DNA of 64,000 nucleotides, from the NCBI RefSeq assembly GCF_009914755.1, contig NC_060925.1, one strand, 5' to 3'. The DNA is from the human T2T-CHM13v2.0 reference genome, Homo sapiens. Shown piece by piece: positions 48,801 through 63,100 of this stretch; within the stretch, counting starts at the first letter, position 1, and each line of letters begins with the position of its first letter. Below the pieces are notes generated by a model. The model worked only from the letters and a program-made list of their open reading frames with translations, had not been told where the DNA came from and did not search any database. Position numbers and translations under genes: made by a program.

Positions 48801-51800
48801 TAGAGGCCTTCGTTGGAAACGGGTTTTTTTCATGTAAGGCTAGACAGAAGAATTCCCAGTAACTTCCTTGTGTTGTGTGCATTCAACTCACAGAGTTGAA
48901 CGTTCCCTTAGACAGAGCAGATTTGAAACACTCTATTTGTGCAATTGGCAAGTGTAGATTTCAAGCGCTTTAAGGTCAATGGCAGAAAAGGAAATATCTT
49001 CGTTTCAAAACTTGACAGAATCATTCCCACAAACTGCGTTGTGATGTGTTCGTTCAACTCACAGAGTTTAACCTTTCTGTTCATAGAGCAGTTAGGAAAC
49101 ACTCTGTTTGTAAAGTCTGCAAGTGGATATTCAGACCTCTTTGAGGCCTTCGTTGGAAACGGGATTTCTTCATATTATGCTAGACAGAATAATTCTCAGT
49201 AACTTCCTTGTGTTGTGTGTATTCAACTCACAGAGTTGAACGATGCTTTACAGAGAGCAGACTTGAAACACTCTTTTTGTGCAATTTGCAAGTGGAGATT
49301 TCAGCCGCTTTGAGGTCAATGGTAGAATAGGAAATATCTTCCTATAGAAACTAGACAGAATGATTCTCAGAAACTCCTTTGTGATGTGTGCGTTCAACTC
49401 ACAGAGTTTAACTTTTCTTTTCATAGAGCAGTTAAGAAACACTCTGTTTGTAATGTCTGCAAGTGGATATTCAGACCTCCTTGAGGCCTTCGTTGGAAAC
49501 GGGATTTCTTCATATTCTGCTAGACAGAATAATTCTCAGTAACTTCCTTGTGTTGTGTGTATTCAACTGACAGAGGTGAACTTTCATTTAGAGAGAGCAG
49601 ATTTGAAACACTGTTTTTGTGGAATTTGCAAGTGGAGATTTCAAGCGCTTTGGGGCCAAAGGCAGAAAAGGAAATATCTTCGTATAAAAACTAGACAGAA
49701 TCATTCTCAGAAACTGCTGCGTGATGTGTGCGTTCAACTCTCAGAGTTTAACTTTTCTTTTAATTCAGCGGTTTGGAAACACTCTGTTTGTAAAGTCTGC
49801 ACGTGGATATTTTGACGACTTAGAGGCCTTCGTTGGAAACTGGTTTTTTGCATGTAAGGCTAGACAGAAGAATTCCCAGTAACTTCCTTGTGTTGTGTGC
49901 ATTCAACTCACAGAGTTGAACGTTCCCTTAGACAGAGCAGATTTGAAACACTCTATTTGTGCAATTTGCAAGTGTAGATTTCAAGCGCTTTAAGGTCAAT
50001 GGCAGAAAAGGAAATATCTTCGTTTCAAAACTAGACAGAATCATTCCCACAAACTGCGTTGTGATGTGTTCCTTCAACTCACAGAGTTTAACCTTTCTGT
50101 TCATAGAGCAGTTAGGAAACACTCTGTTTGTAAAGTCTGTAAGTGGATATTCTGACATCTTGTGGCCTTCGTTGGAAACGGGATTTCTTCATATTCTGCT
50201 AGACAGAAGAATTCTCAGTAACTTCCTTGTGTTGTGTGTATTCAACTCACAGAGTTGAACGATCCTTTACACAGAGGAGACTTGAAACACTCTTTTTGTG
50301 GAATTTGCAAGTGGAGATTTCAGCCGCTTTGAGGTCAATGGTAGAAAAGGAAATATCTTCGTATAAAGACTAGACAGAATGATTCTCAGAAACTCCTTTG
50401 TGATGTGTGCGTTCAACTCACAGAGTTTAACTTTTCTTTTCATAGAGCAGTTAGGAAACACTCTGTTTGTAAAGTCTGCAAGTGTATATCCAGATCTCTT
50501 TGAGGCCTTCGTTGGAAACGGGATTTCTTCATATTATGCGAGACAGAATAATTCTCAGTAACTTCCTTGTGTTGTGTGTATTCAACTCACAGAGTTGAAC
50601 GATCCTTTACAGAGAGCAGACTTGAAACACTCTTTTTGTGGAATTTGCAAGTGGAGATTTCAGCCGCTTCGAGGTCAATGGTAGAATAGGTAATATCTTC
50701 CTATAGAAACTAGACAGAATAATTCTCAGAAACTCCTTTGTGATGTGTGCGTTCAACTCACAAAGTTTAACCTTTCTTTTCATAGAGCAGTTAGGAAACA
50801 CTCTGTTTGTAAAGTCTGCAAGTGGATATTCAGACCTCTTTGAGGCCTTCGTTGGAAACGGGATTTCTTCATATTCTGCTAGACAGAAGAATTCTCAGTA
50901 ACTTCCTTGTGTTGTGTGTATTCAACTCACAGAGTTGAACGATCCTTTACACAGAGCAGACTTCAAACACTCTTTTTGTGGAATTTGCAAGTGGAGATTT
51001 CAGCCGCTTTGAGGTCAATGGTAGAATAGCAAATATCTTCCTATAGAAACTAGACAGAAAGATTCTCATAAACTCCTTTGTGATGTGTGTGTTCAACTCA
51101 CAGAGTTTAACCTTTCTTTTCATAGAGCAGTTAGGAGACACTCTGTTTGTAAAGTCTGCAAGTAGATATTCAGACCTCTTTGAGGTCTTCGTGGGAAACG
51201 GGATTTCTTCATATTATGCTAGACAGAAGAATTCTCAGTAACTTCCTTGTGTTGTGTGTATTCAACTGACAGAGTTGAACTTTCATTTAGAGAGAGCAGA
51301 TTTGAAACACTGTTTTTGTGGAATTTGCAAGTGGAGATTTCAAGCGCTTTGGGGCCAAAGGCAGAAAAGGAAATATCTTCGTAAAAAAACTAGACAGAAT
51401 CATTCTCAGAAACTGCTGCGTGATGTGTGCGTTCAACTCTCAGAGTTTAACTTTTCTTTTCATTCAGCGGTTTGGAAACACTCTGTTTGTAAAGTCTGCA
51501 CGTGGATATTTTGACCACTTAGAGGCCTTCGTTGGAAACGGGTTTTTTTCATGTAAGGCTAGACAGAAGAATTCCCAGTAACTTCCTTGTGTTGTGTGCA
51601 TTCAACTCACAGAGTTGAACGTTCCCTTAGACAGAGCAGATTTGAAACACTCTATTTGTGCAATTGGCAAGTGTAGATTTCAAGCGCTTTAAGGTCAATG
51701 GCAGAAAAGGAAATATCTTCGTTTCAAAACTAGACAGAATCATTCCCACAAACTGCGTTGTGATGTGTTCGTTCAACTCACAGAGTTGAACCTTTCTGTT

Positions 51801-54800
51801 CATAGAGCAGTTAGGAAACATTCTGTTTGTAAAGTCTGTAAGTGGATATTCTCACATCTTGTGGCCTTCGTTGGAAACGGGATTTCTTCATATTCTGCTA
51901 GACAGAAGAATTCTCAGTCACTTCCTTGTGTTGTGTGTATTCAACTCACAGAGTTGAACGATCCTTTACACAGAGCAGACTTGAAACACTCTTTTTGTGG
52001 AATTTGCAAGTGGAGATTTCAGCCGCTTTGAGGTCAATGGTAGAAAAGGAAATATCTTCGTATAAAGACTAGACAGAATGATTCTCAGAAACTCCTTTGT
52101 GATGTGTGCGTTCAACTCACAGAGTTTAACTTTTCTTTTCATAGAGCAGTTAGGAAATGCTCTGTTTGTAAAGTCTGCAAGTGGATATTCAGACCTCTTT
52201 GAGGCCTTCGTTGGAAACGGGATTTCTTCATATTCTGCTAGACAGAAGAATTCTCAGTAACTTCCTTGTGTTGTGTGTATTCAACTCACAGAGTTGAACG
52301 ATCCTTTACAGAGAGCAGACTTGAAACACTGTTTTTGTGGAATTTGCAAGTGGAGATTTCAGCCGCTTTGAGGTCAATGGTAGAATAGGAAATATCTTCT
52401 TATAGAAACTAGACAGAATGATTCTCATAAACTCCTTTGTGATGTGTGCGTTCAACTCACAGAGTTTAACCTTTCTTTTCATGGAGCAGTTAGGAAAGAC
52501 TCTGTTTGTAAAGTTTGCAAGTGGATATTCAGACCTCCTTGAGGCCTTCATTGGAAACGGGATTTCTTCATATTGGGCTAGACAGAAGAATTCTCAGTAA
52601 CTTCCTTGTGTTGTGTGTATTCAACTCACAGAGTTGAACGATCCTTTACACAGAGCAGACTTGAAACACTCTTTTTGTGGAATTTGCAAGTGGAGATTTC
52701 AGCCGCTTTGAGGTCAATGGTAGAAAAGGAAATATCTTCGTATAAAGACTAGACAGAATGATTCTCAGAAACTCCTTTGTGATGTGTGCGTTCAACTCAC
52801 AGAGTTTAACCTTTCTTTGCATAGAGCAGTTAGGAAACACTCTGTAAAGTCTGAAAGTGGATATTCAGACCTCTTTGAGGCCTTCGTTGGAAACGGGCTT
52901 TCTTCATATTCTCCTAGACAGAAGAATTCTCAGTAACTTCCTTGTGTTGTGTGTATTCAACTGACAGAGTTGAACGATCCTTTACAGAGAGCAGACTTGA
53001 AACACTCTTTCTGTGGAATTTGCAAGTGGAGATTTCAGCCGCTTTGAGGTCAATAGTAGAAAAGGAAATATCTTCGTAGAAAAACTAGACAGAATGATTC
53101 TCAGAAACTCCTTTGTGATGTGTGTGTTCAACTCACAGAGTTTAACCTTTCTTTTCATAGAGCAGTTAGTAAACACTCTGTTTATAAAGTCTGCAAGTGG
53201 ATATTCAGACCCCTTTGAGGCCTTCGTTGGAAACGGGATTTCTTCATATTATGCTAGACAGAAGAATTCTCAGTAACTTCCTTGTGTTGTGTGTATTCAA
53301 CTGACAGAGTTGAACTTTCATTTAGAGAGAGCAGATTTGAAACACTGTTTTTGTGGAATTTCCAAGGGAGATTTCAAGCGCTTTGTGGCCAAAGGCAGAA
53401 AAGGAAATATCTTCGTATAAAAACTAGACAGAATCATTCTCAGAAACTGCTGCGTGATGTGTGCGTTCAACTCTCGGAGTTTAACTTTTCTTTTCATTCA
53501 GCGGTTTGGAAACACTCTGTTTGTAAGTCTGCACGTGGATATTTTGACCACTTAGAGGCCTTCGTTGGAAACGGGTTTTTTTCATGTAAGGCTAGACAGA
53601 AGAATTCCCAGTAACTTCCTTGTGTTGTGTGCATTCAACTCACAGAGTTGAACGTTCCCTTAGACAGAGCAGATTTGAAACACTCTATTTGTGCAATTGG
53701 CAAGTGTAGATTTCAAGCGCTTTAAGGTCAATGGCAGAAAAGGAAATATCTTCGTTTCAAAACTTGACAGAATCATTCCCACAAACTGCGTTGTGATGTG
53801 TTCGTTCAACTCACAGAGTTTAACCTTTCTGTTCATAGAGCAGTTAGGAAACACTCTGTTTGTAAAGTCTGCAAGTGGATATTCAGACCTCTTTGAGGCC
53901 TTCGTTGGAAACGGGATTTCTTCATATTATGCTAGACAGAATAATTCTCAGTAACTTCCTTGTGTTGTGTGTATTCAACTCACAGAGTTGAACGATGCTT
54001 TACAGAGAGCAGACTTGAAACACTCTTTTTGTGCAATTTGCAAGTGGAGATTTCAGCCGCTTTGAGGTCAATGGTAGAATAGGAAATATCTTCCTATAGA
54101 AACTAGACAGAATGATTCTCAGAAACTCCTTTGTGATGTGTGCGTTCAACTCACAGAGTTTAACTTTTCTTTTCATAGAGCAGTTAAGAAACACTCTGTT
54201 TGTAATGTCTGCAAGTGGATATTCAGACCTCCTTGAGGCCTTCGTTGGAAACGGGATTTCTTCATATTCTGCTAGACAGAATAATTCTCAGTAACTTCCT
54301 TGTGTTGTGTGTATTCAACTGACAGAGGTGAACTTTCATTTAGAGAGAGCAGATTTGAAACACTGTTTTTGTGGAATTTGCAAGTGGAGATTTCAAGCGC
54401 TTTGGGGCCAAAGGCAGAAAAGGAAATATCTTCGTATAAAAACTAGACAGAATCATTCTCAGAAACTGCTGCGTGATGTGTGCGTTCAACTCTCAGAGTT
54501 TAACTTTTCTTTTAATTCAGCGGTTTGGAAACACTCTGTTTGTAAAGTCTGCACGTGGATATTTTGACGACTTAGAGGCCTTCGTTGGAAACTGGTTTTT
54601 TGCATGTAAGGCTAGACAGAAGAATTCCCAGTAACTTCCTTGTGTTGTGTGCATTCAACTCACAGAGTTGAACGTTCCCTTAGACAGAGCAGATTTGAAA
54701 CACTCTATTTGTGCAATTTGCAAGTGTAGATTTCAAGCGCTTTAAGGTCAATGGCAGAAAAGGAAATATCTTCGTTTCAAAACTAGACAGAATCATTCCC

Positions 54801-57150
54801 ACAAACTGCGTTGTGATGTGTTCCTTCAACTCACAGAGTTTAACCTTTCTGTTCATAGAGCAGTTAGGAAACACTCTGTTTGTAAAGTCTGTAAGTGGAT
54901 ATTCTGACATCTTGTGGCCTTCGTTGGAAACGGGATTTCTTCATATTCTGCTAGACAGAAGAATTCTCAGTAACTTCCTTGTGTTGTGTGTATTCAACTC
55001 ACAGAGTTGAACGATCCTTTACACAGAGGAGACTTGAAACACTCTTTTTGTGGAATTTGCAAGTGGAGATTTCAGCCGCTTTGAGGTCAATGGTAGAAAA
55101 GGAAATATCTTCGTATAAAGACTAGACAGAATGATTCTCAGAAACTCCTTTGTGATGTGTGCGTTCAACTCACAGAGTTTAACTTTTCTTTTCATAGAGC
55201 AGTTAGGAAACACTCTGTTTGTAAAGTCTGCAAGTGTATATCCAGATCTCTTTGAGGCCTTCGTTGGAAACGGGATTTCTTCATATTATGCGAGACAGAA
55301 TAATTCTCAGTAACTTCCTTGTGTTGTGTGTATTCAACTCACAGAGTTGAACGATCCTTTACAGAGAGCAGACTTGAAACACTCTTTTTGTGGAATTTGC
55401 AAGTGGAGATTTCAGCCGCTTCGAGGTCAATGGTAGAATAGGTAATATCTTCCTATAGAAACTAGACAGAATAATTCTCAGAAACTCCTTTGTGATGTGT
55501 GCGTTCAACTCACAAAGTTTAACCTTTCTTTTCATAGAGCAGTTAGGAAACACTCTGTTTGTAAAGTCTGCAAGTGGATATTCAGACCTCTTTGAGGCCT
55601 TCGTTGGAAACGGGATTTCTTCATATTCTGCTAGACAGAAGAATTCTCAGTAACTTCCTTGTGTTGTGTGTATTCAACTCACAGAGTTGAACGATCCTTT
55701 ACACAGAGCAGACTTCAAACACTCTTTTTGTGGAATTTGCAAGTGGAGATTTCAGCCGCTTTGAGGTCAATGGTAGAATAGCAAATATCTTCCTATAGAA
55801 ACTAGACAGAAAGATTCTCATAAACTCCTTTGTGATGTGTGTGTTCAACTCACAGAGTTTAACCTTTCTTTTCATAGAGCAGTTAGGAGACACTCTGTTT
55901 GTAAAGTCTGCAAGTAGATATTCAGACCTCTTTGAGGTCTTCGTGGGAAACGGGATTTCTTCATATTATGCTAGACAGAAGAATTCTCAGTAACTTCCTT
56001 GTGTTGTGTGTATTCAACTGACAGAGTTGAACTTTCATTTAGAGAGAGCAGATTTGAAACACTGTTTTTGTGGAATTTGCAAGTGGAGATTTCAAGCGCT
56101 TTGGGGCCAAAGGCAGAAAAGGAAATATCTTCGTAAAAAAACTAGACAGAATCATTCTCAGAAACTGCTGCGTGATGTGTGCGTTCAACTCTCAGAGTTT
56201 AACTTTTCTTTTCATTCAGCGGTTTGGAAACACTCTGTTTGTAAAGTCTGCACGTGGATATTTTGACCACTTAGAGGCCTTCGTTGGAAACGGGTTTTTT
56301 TCATGTAAGGCTAGACAGAAGAATTCCCAGTAACTTCCTTGTGTTGTGTGCATTCAACTCACAGAGTTGAACGTTCCCTTAGACAGAGCAGATTTGAAAC
56401 ACTCTATTTGTGCAATTGGCAAGTGTAGATTTCAAGCGCTTTAAGGTCAATGGCAGAAAAGGAAATATCTTCGTTTCAAAACTAGACAGAATCATTCCCA
56501 CAAACTGCGTTGTGATGTGTTCGTTCAACTCACAGAGTTGAACCTTTCTGTTCATAGAGCAGTTAGGAAACATTCTGTTTGTAAAGTCTGTAAGTGGATA
56601 TTCTCACATCTTGTGGCCTTCGTTGGAAACGGGATTTCTTCATATTCTGCTAGACAGAAGAATTCTCAGTCACTTCCTTGTGTTGTGTGTATTCAACTCA
56701 CAGAGTTGAACGATCCTTTACACAGAGCAGACTTGAAACACTCTTTTTGTGGAATTTGCAAGTGGAGATTTCAGCCGCTTTGAGGTCAATGGTAGAAAAG
56801 GAAATATCTTCGTATAAAGACTAGACAGAATGATTCTCAGAAACTCCTTTGTGATGTGTGCGTTCAACTCACAGAGTTTAACTTTTCTTTTCATAGAGCA
56901 GTTAGGAAATGCTCTGTTTGTAAAGTCTGCAAGTGGATATTCAGACCTCTTTGAGGCCTTCGTTGGAAACGGGATTTCTTCATATTCTGCTAGACAGAAG
57001 AATTCTCAGTAACTTCCTTGTGTTGTGTGTATTCAACTCACAGAGTTGAACGATCCTTTACAGAGAGCAGACTTGAAACACTGTTTTTGTGGAATTTGCA
57101 AGTGGAGATTTCAGCCGCTTTGAGGTCAATGGTAGAATAGGAAATATCTT
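45850..57150 (+). repeat. Tandem duplication of a 4,752-bp 28-mer (~2.2-2.4 copies)
   Basis: ORF series 45855/50607/55359, 46502/51254/56006, 47013/51765/56517, 47554/52306, 48530/53282, 49555/54307, 50267/55019 are offset by 4,752. Shared GGAAATGCTC, TTGGGCTAGA, TTTCCAAGGGAG, GACAGAGGTG, CAGAGGAGAC and TATGCGAGAC. Confidence 0.93.
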
Positions 57151-60100
57151 CCTATAGAAACTAGACAGAATGATTCTCATAAACTCCTTTGTGATGTGTG
57201 CGTTCAACTCACAGAGTTTAACCTTTCTTTTCATAGAGCAGTTAGGAAAGACTCTGTTTGTAAAGTCTGCAAGTGGATATTCAGACCTCCTTGAGGCCTT
57301 CGTTGGAAACGGGCTTTCTTCATATTCTCCTAGACAGAAGAATTCTCAGTAACTTCCTTGTGTTGTGTGTATTCAACTGACAGAGTTGAACGATCCTTTA
57401 CAGAGAGCAGACTTGAAACACTCTTTCTGTGGAATTTGCAAGTGGAGATTTCAGCCGCTTTGAGGTCAATAGTAGAAAAGGAAATATCTTCGTAGAAAAA
57501 CTAGACAGAATGATTCTCAGAAACTCCTTTGTGATGTGTGTGTTCAACTCACAGAGTTTAACCTTTCTTTTCATAGAGCAGTTAGTAAACACTCTGTTTA
57601 TAAAGTCTGCAAGTGGATATTCAGACCCCTTTGAGGCCTTCGTTGGAAACGGGATTTCTTCATATTATGCTAGACAGAAGAATTCTCAGTAACTTCCTTG
57701 TGTTGTGTGTATTCAACTGACAGAGTTGAACTTTCATTTAGAGAGAGCAGATTTGAAACACTGTTTTTGTGGAATTTCCAAGGGAGATTTCAAGCGCTTT
57801 GTGGCCAAAGGCAGAAAAGGAAATATCTTCGTATAAAAACTAGACAGAATCATTCTCAGAAACTGCTGCGTGATGTGTGCGTTCAACTCTCAGAGTTTAA
57901 CTTTTCTTTTCATTCAGCGGTTTGGAAACACTCTGTTTGTAAGTCTGCACGTGGATATTTTGACCACTTAGAGGCCTTCGTTGGAAACGGGTTTTTTTCA
58001 TGTAAGGCTAGACAGAAGAATTCCCAGTAACTTCCTTGTGTTGTGTGCATTCAACTCACAGAGTTGAACGTTCCCTTAGACAGAGCAGATTTGAAACACT
58101 CTATTTGTGCAATTGGCAAGTGTAGATTTCAAGCGCTTTAAGGTCAATGGCAGAAAAGGAAATATCTTCGTTTCAAAACTTGACAGAATCATTCCCACAA
58201 ACTGCGTTGTGATGTGTTCGTTCAACTCACAGAGTTTAACCTTTCTGTTCATAGAGCAGTTAGGAAACACTCTGTTTGTAAAGTCTGTAAGTGGATATTC
58301 TGACATCTTGTGGCCTTCGTTGGAAACGGGATTTCTTCATATTCTGCTAGACAGAAGAATTCTCAGTAACTTCCTTGTGTTGTGTGTATTCAACTCACAG
58401 AGTTGAACGATCCTTTACACAGAGCAGACTTGAAACACTCTTTTTGTGGAATTTGCAAGTGGAGATTTCAGCCGCTTTGAGGTCAATGGTAGAAAAGGAA
58501 ATATCTTCGTATAAAGACTAGACAGAATGATTCTCAGAAACTCCTTTGTGATGTGTGCGTTCAACTCACAGAGTTTAACTTTTCTTTTCATAGAGCAGTT
58601 AGGAAACACTCTGTTTGTAAAGTCTGCAAGTGGATATTCAGACCTCTTTGAGGCCTTCGTTGGAAACGGGATTTCTTCATATTATGCTAGACAGAATAAT
58701 TCTCAGTAACTTCCTTGTGTTGTGTGTATTCAACTCACAGAGTTGAACGATCCTTTACAGAGAGCAGACTTGAAACACTCTTTTTGTGGAATTTGCAAGT
58801 GGAGATTTCAGCCGCTTTGAGGTCAATGGTAGAATAGGAAATATCTTCCTATAGAAACTAGACAGAATGATTCTCAGAAACTCCTTTGTGATGTGTGCGT
58901 TCACCTCACAGAGTTTAACCTTTCTTTTCATAGAGCAGTTAGGAAACACTCTGTTTGTAAAGTCTGCAAGTGGATATTCAGACCTCTTTGAGGCCTTCTT
59001 TGGAAACGGGATTTCTTCATATTCTGCTAGACAGAAGAATTCTCCGTAAATTCCTTGTGTTGTGTGTATTCAACTCACAGAGTTGAACGATCCTTTACAC
59101 AGAGCAGACTTGAAACACTCTTTTTGTGGAATTTGCAAGTGGAGATTTCAGCCGCTTTGAGGTCAATGGTAGAATAGGAAATATCTTCCTATAGAAACTA
59201 GACAGAATGATTCTCATAAACTCCTTTGTGATGAGTGCGTTCAACTCACAGAGTTTAAGCTTTCTTTTCATAGAGCAGTTAGGAGACACTCTGTTTGTAA
59301 AGTCTGCAAGTGGATATTCAGACCTCTTTGAGGCCTTCGTTGGAAACGGGATTTCTTCATATTATGCTAGACAGAAGAATTCTCAGTAACTTCCTTGTGT
59401 TGTGTGTATTCAACTGACAGAGTTGAACTTTCATTTAGAGAGAGCAGATTGCAAACACTGTTTTTGTGGAATTTGCAAGTGGAGATTTCAAGCGCTTTGG
59501 GGCCAAAGGCAGAAAAGGAAATATCTTCGTATAAAAACTAGACAGAATCATTCTCAGAAACTGCAGCGTGATGTGTGCATTCAACTCTCAGAGTTTAACT
59601 TTTCTTTTCATTCAGCTGTTTGGAAACACTCTGTTTGTAAAGTCTGCACGTGGATATTTTGACCACTTAGAGGCCTTCTTTGGAAACGGGTTTTTTTCAT
59701 GTAAGGCTAGACAGAAGAATTCCCAGTAACTTCCTTGTGTTGTGTGTATTCAACTCACAGAGTTGAACGATCCTTTACTGAGAGCAGACTTGAAACACTC
59801 TTTTTGTGGAATTTGCATGTGGAGATTTCAGCCGCTTTGAGGTCAATGGTAGAATAGGAAATATCTTCCTATAGAAACTAGACAGAATGATTCTCAGAAA
59901 CTCCTTTGTGATGTGTGCGTTCAACTCACAGAGTTTAACCTTTCTTTTCAGAGAGCAGTTAGGAAACACTCTGTTTGTAAAGTCTGCAAGTGGATATTCA
60001 GACCTCTTTGAGGCCTTCGTTGGAAACGGGATTTCTTCATACTATGATAGACAGAATAATTCTCAGTAACTTCCTTGTGTTGTGTGTATTCAACTCACAG

Positions 60101-63100
60101 AGTTGAACGATCCTTTACACAGAGCAGACTTGATATACTCTTTTTGTGGAATTTGCAAGTGGAGATTTCAGCCGCTTTGAGGTCAATGGTAGAATAGGAA
60201 ATATCTTCCTATAGAAACTAGACAGAATGATTCTCATAAACTCCATTGTGATGTGTGCGTTCAACTCACAGAGTTTAACCTTTCTTTTCATAGAGCAGTT
60301 AGGAGACACTCTGTTTGTAAAGTCTGCAAGTGGATATTCAGACCCCTTTGAGGCCTTCGATGGAAACGGGATTTCTTCATATTATGCTAGACAGAAGAAT
60401 TCTCAGTAACTTCCTTGTGTTGTGTGTATTCAACTGACAGAGTTGAACTTTCATTTAGAGAGAGCAGATTTGAAACACTGTTTTTGTGGAATTTGCAAGT
60501 GGAGATTTCAAGCGCTTTGGGGCCAAAGGCAGAAAAGGAAATATCTTCGTATAAAAACTAGACAGAATCATTGTCAGAAACTGCTGCGTGATGTGTGCGT
60601 TCAACTCTCAGAGTTTAACTTTTCTTTTCATTCAGCGGTTTGGAAACAGTCTGTTTGTAAATTCTGCACGTGGATATTTTGACCACTTAGAGGCCTTCGT
60701 TGGAAACGGGATTTTTTCATGTAAGGCTAGACAGAAGAATTCCCAGTAACTTCCTTGTGTTGTGTGCATTCAACTCACAGAGTTGAACGTTCCCTTAGAC
60801 AGAGCAGATTTGAAACAGTCTATTTGTGCAATTTGCAAGTGTAGATTTCAAGCGCTTTAAGGTCAATGGCAGAAAAGGAAATATCTTCGTTTCAAAACTA
60901 GACAGAATCATTCCCACAAACTGCGTTGTGATGTGTTCGTTCAACTCACAGAGTTTAACCTTTCTGTTCATAGAGCAGTTAGGAAACACTCTGTTTGTAA
61001 AGTCTGTAAGTGGATATTCTGACATCTTGTGGCCTTCGTTGGAAACGGGATTTCTTCATATTCTGCTAGACAGAAGAATTCTCAGTAACTTCCTTGTGTT
61101 GTGTGTATTCAACTCACAGAGTTGAACGATCCTTTACAGAGAGCAGACTTGAAACACTCTTTTTGTGGAATTTGCAAGTGGAGATTTCAGCCGCTTCGAG
61201 GTCAATGGTAGAATAGGTAATATCTTCCTATAGAAACTAGACAGAATTATTCTCAGAAACTCCTTTGTGATGTGTGCGTTCAACTCACAAAGTTTAACCT
61301 TTCTTTTCATAGAGTAGTTAGGAAACACTCTGTTTGTAAAGTCTGCAAGTGGATATTCAGACGTCTTTGGGGCCTTCGTTGGAAACGGGATTTCTTCATA
61401 TTATGCTTGACAGAAGAATTCTCAGTAACTTCCTTGTGTTGTGTGTATTCAACTCACAGAGTTGAACGATCCTTTACAGAGAGCAGACTTGAAACACTCT
61501 TTTTGTGGAATTTGCAAGTGGAGATTTCAGCCGCTTTGAGGTCAATGGTAGAAAAGGTAATATCTTCGTATAAAGACTAGACAGAAAGATTCTCAGAAAC
61601 TGCTTTGTGATGTGTGCGTTCAACTCACAGAGTTTAACTTTTCTTTTAATATAGCAGTTAGGAAACACTCTGTTTGTAAAGTCTGCAAGTGGATATTCAG
61701 ACCTCTTTGAGGCCTTCGTTGGAAACGGGATTTCTTCATATTCTGCTAGACAGAATAATTCTCAGTAACTTCCTTGTGTTGTGTGTATTCAACTCACAGA
61801 GTTGAACGATCCTTTACACAGAGCAGACTTGAAACACTCTTTTTGTGGAATTTGCAAGTGGAGATTTCAGCCGCTTTGAGGTCAATGGTAGAATAGGAAA
61901 TATCTTCCTATAGAAACTAGACAGAATGATTCTCAGAAACTCCTTTGTGATGTGTGTGTTCAACTCACAGAGTTTAACCTTTCTTTTCATAGAGCAGTTA
62001 GTAAACACTCTGTTTATAAAGTCTGCATGTGGATATTCAGACCCCTTTGAGGCCTTCGTTGGAAACGGGATTTCTTCATATTATGCTAGACAGAAGAATT
62101 CTCAGTAACTTCCTTGTGTTGTGTGTATTCAACTGACAGAGTTGAACTTTCATTTAGAGAGAGCAGATTTGAAACACTGTTTTTGTGGAATTTGCAAGTG
62201 GAGATTTCAAGCGTTTTGGGGCCAAAGGCAGAAAAGGAAATATCTTCGTATAAAAACTAGGCAGAATCATTCTCAGAAACTGCTGCGTGATGTGTGCGTT
62301 CAACTCTCAGAGTTTAACTTTTCTTTTCATTCAGCGGTTTGGAAACACTCTGTTTGTAAAGTCTGCACGTGGATATTTTGACCACTTAGAGGCCTTCGTT
62401 GGAAACGGGTTTTTTTCATGTAAGGCTAGACAGAAGAATTCCCAGTAACTTCCTTGTGTTGTGTGCATTCAACTCACAGAGTTGAACGTTCCCTTAGACA
62501 GAGCAGATTTGAAACACTCTATTTGTGCAATTGGCAAGTGTAGATTTCAAGCGCTTTAAGGTCAATGGCAGAAAAGGAAATATCTTCGTTTCAAAACTAG
62601 ACAGAATCATTCCCACAAACTGCGTTGTGATGTGTTCGTTCAACTCACAGAGTTTAACTTTTCTGTTCATAGAGCAGTTAGGATACACTCTGTTTGTAAA
62701 GTCTGTAAGTGGATATTCTGACATCTTGTGGCCTTCGTTTTAAACGGGATTTCTTCATATTCTGCTAGACAGAAGAATTCTCAGTAACTTCCTTGTGTTG
62801 TGTGTATTCAACTCACAGAGTTGAACGATCCTTTACACAGAACAGACTTGAAACACTCTTTTTGTGGAATTTGCAAGTGGAGATTTCAGCCGCTTTGAGG
62901 TCAATGGTAGAAAAGGGAATATCTTCGTATAAACACTAGACAGAATGATTCTCAGAAACTCCTTTGTGATGTGTGCGTTCAACTCACAGAGTTTAACCTT
63001 TCTTTTCATAGAGCAGTTAGGAAACACTCTGTCTGTAAAGTCTGCAAGTGGATATTCATACCTCCTTGAGGCCTTCATTGGAAACGGGATTTCTTCATAT

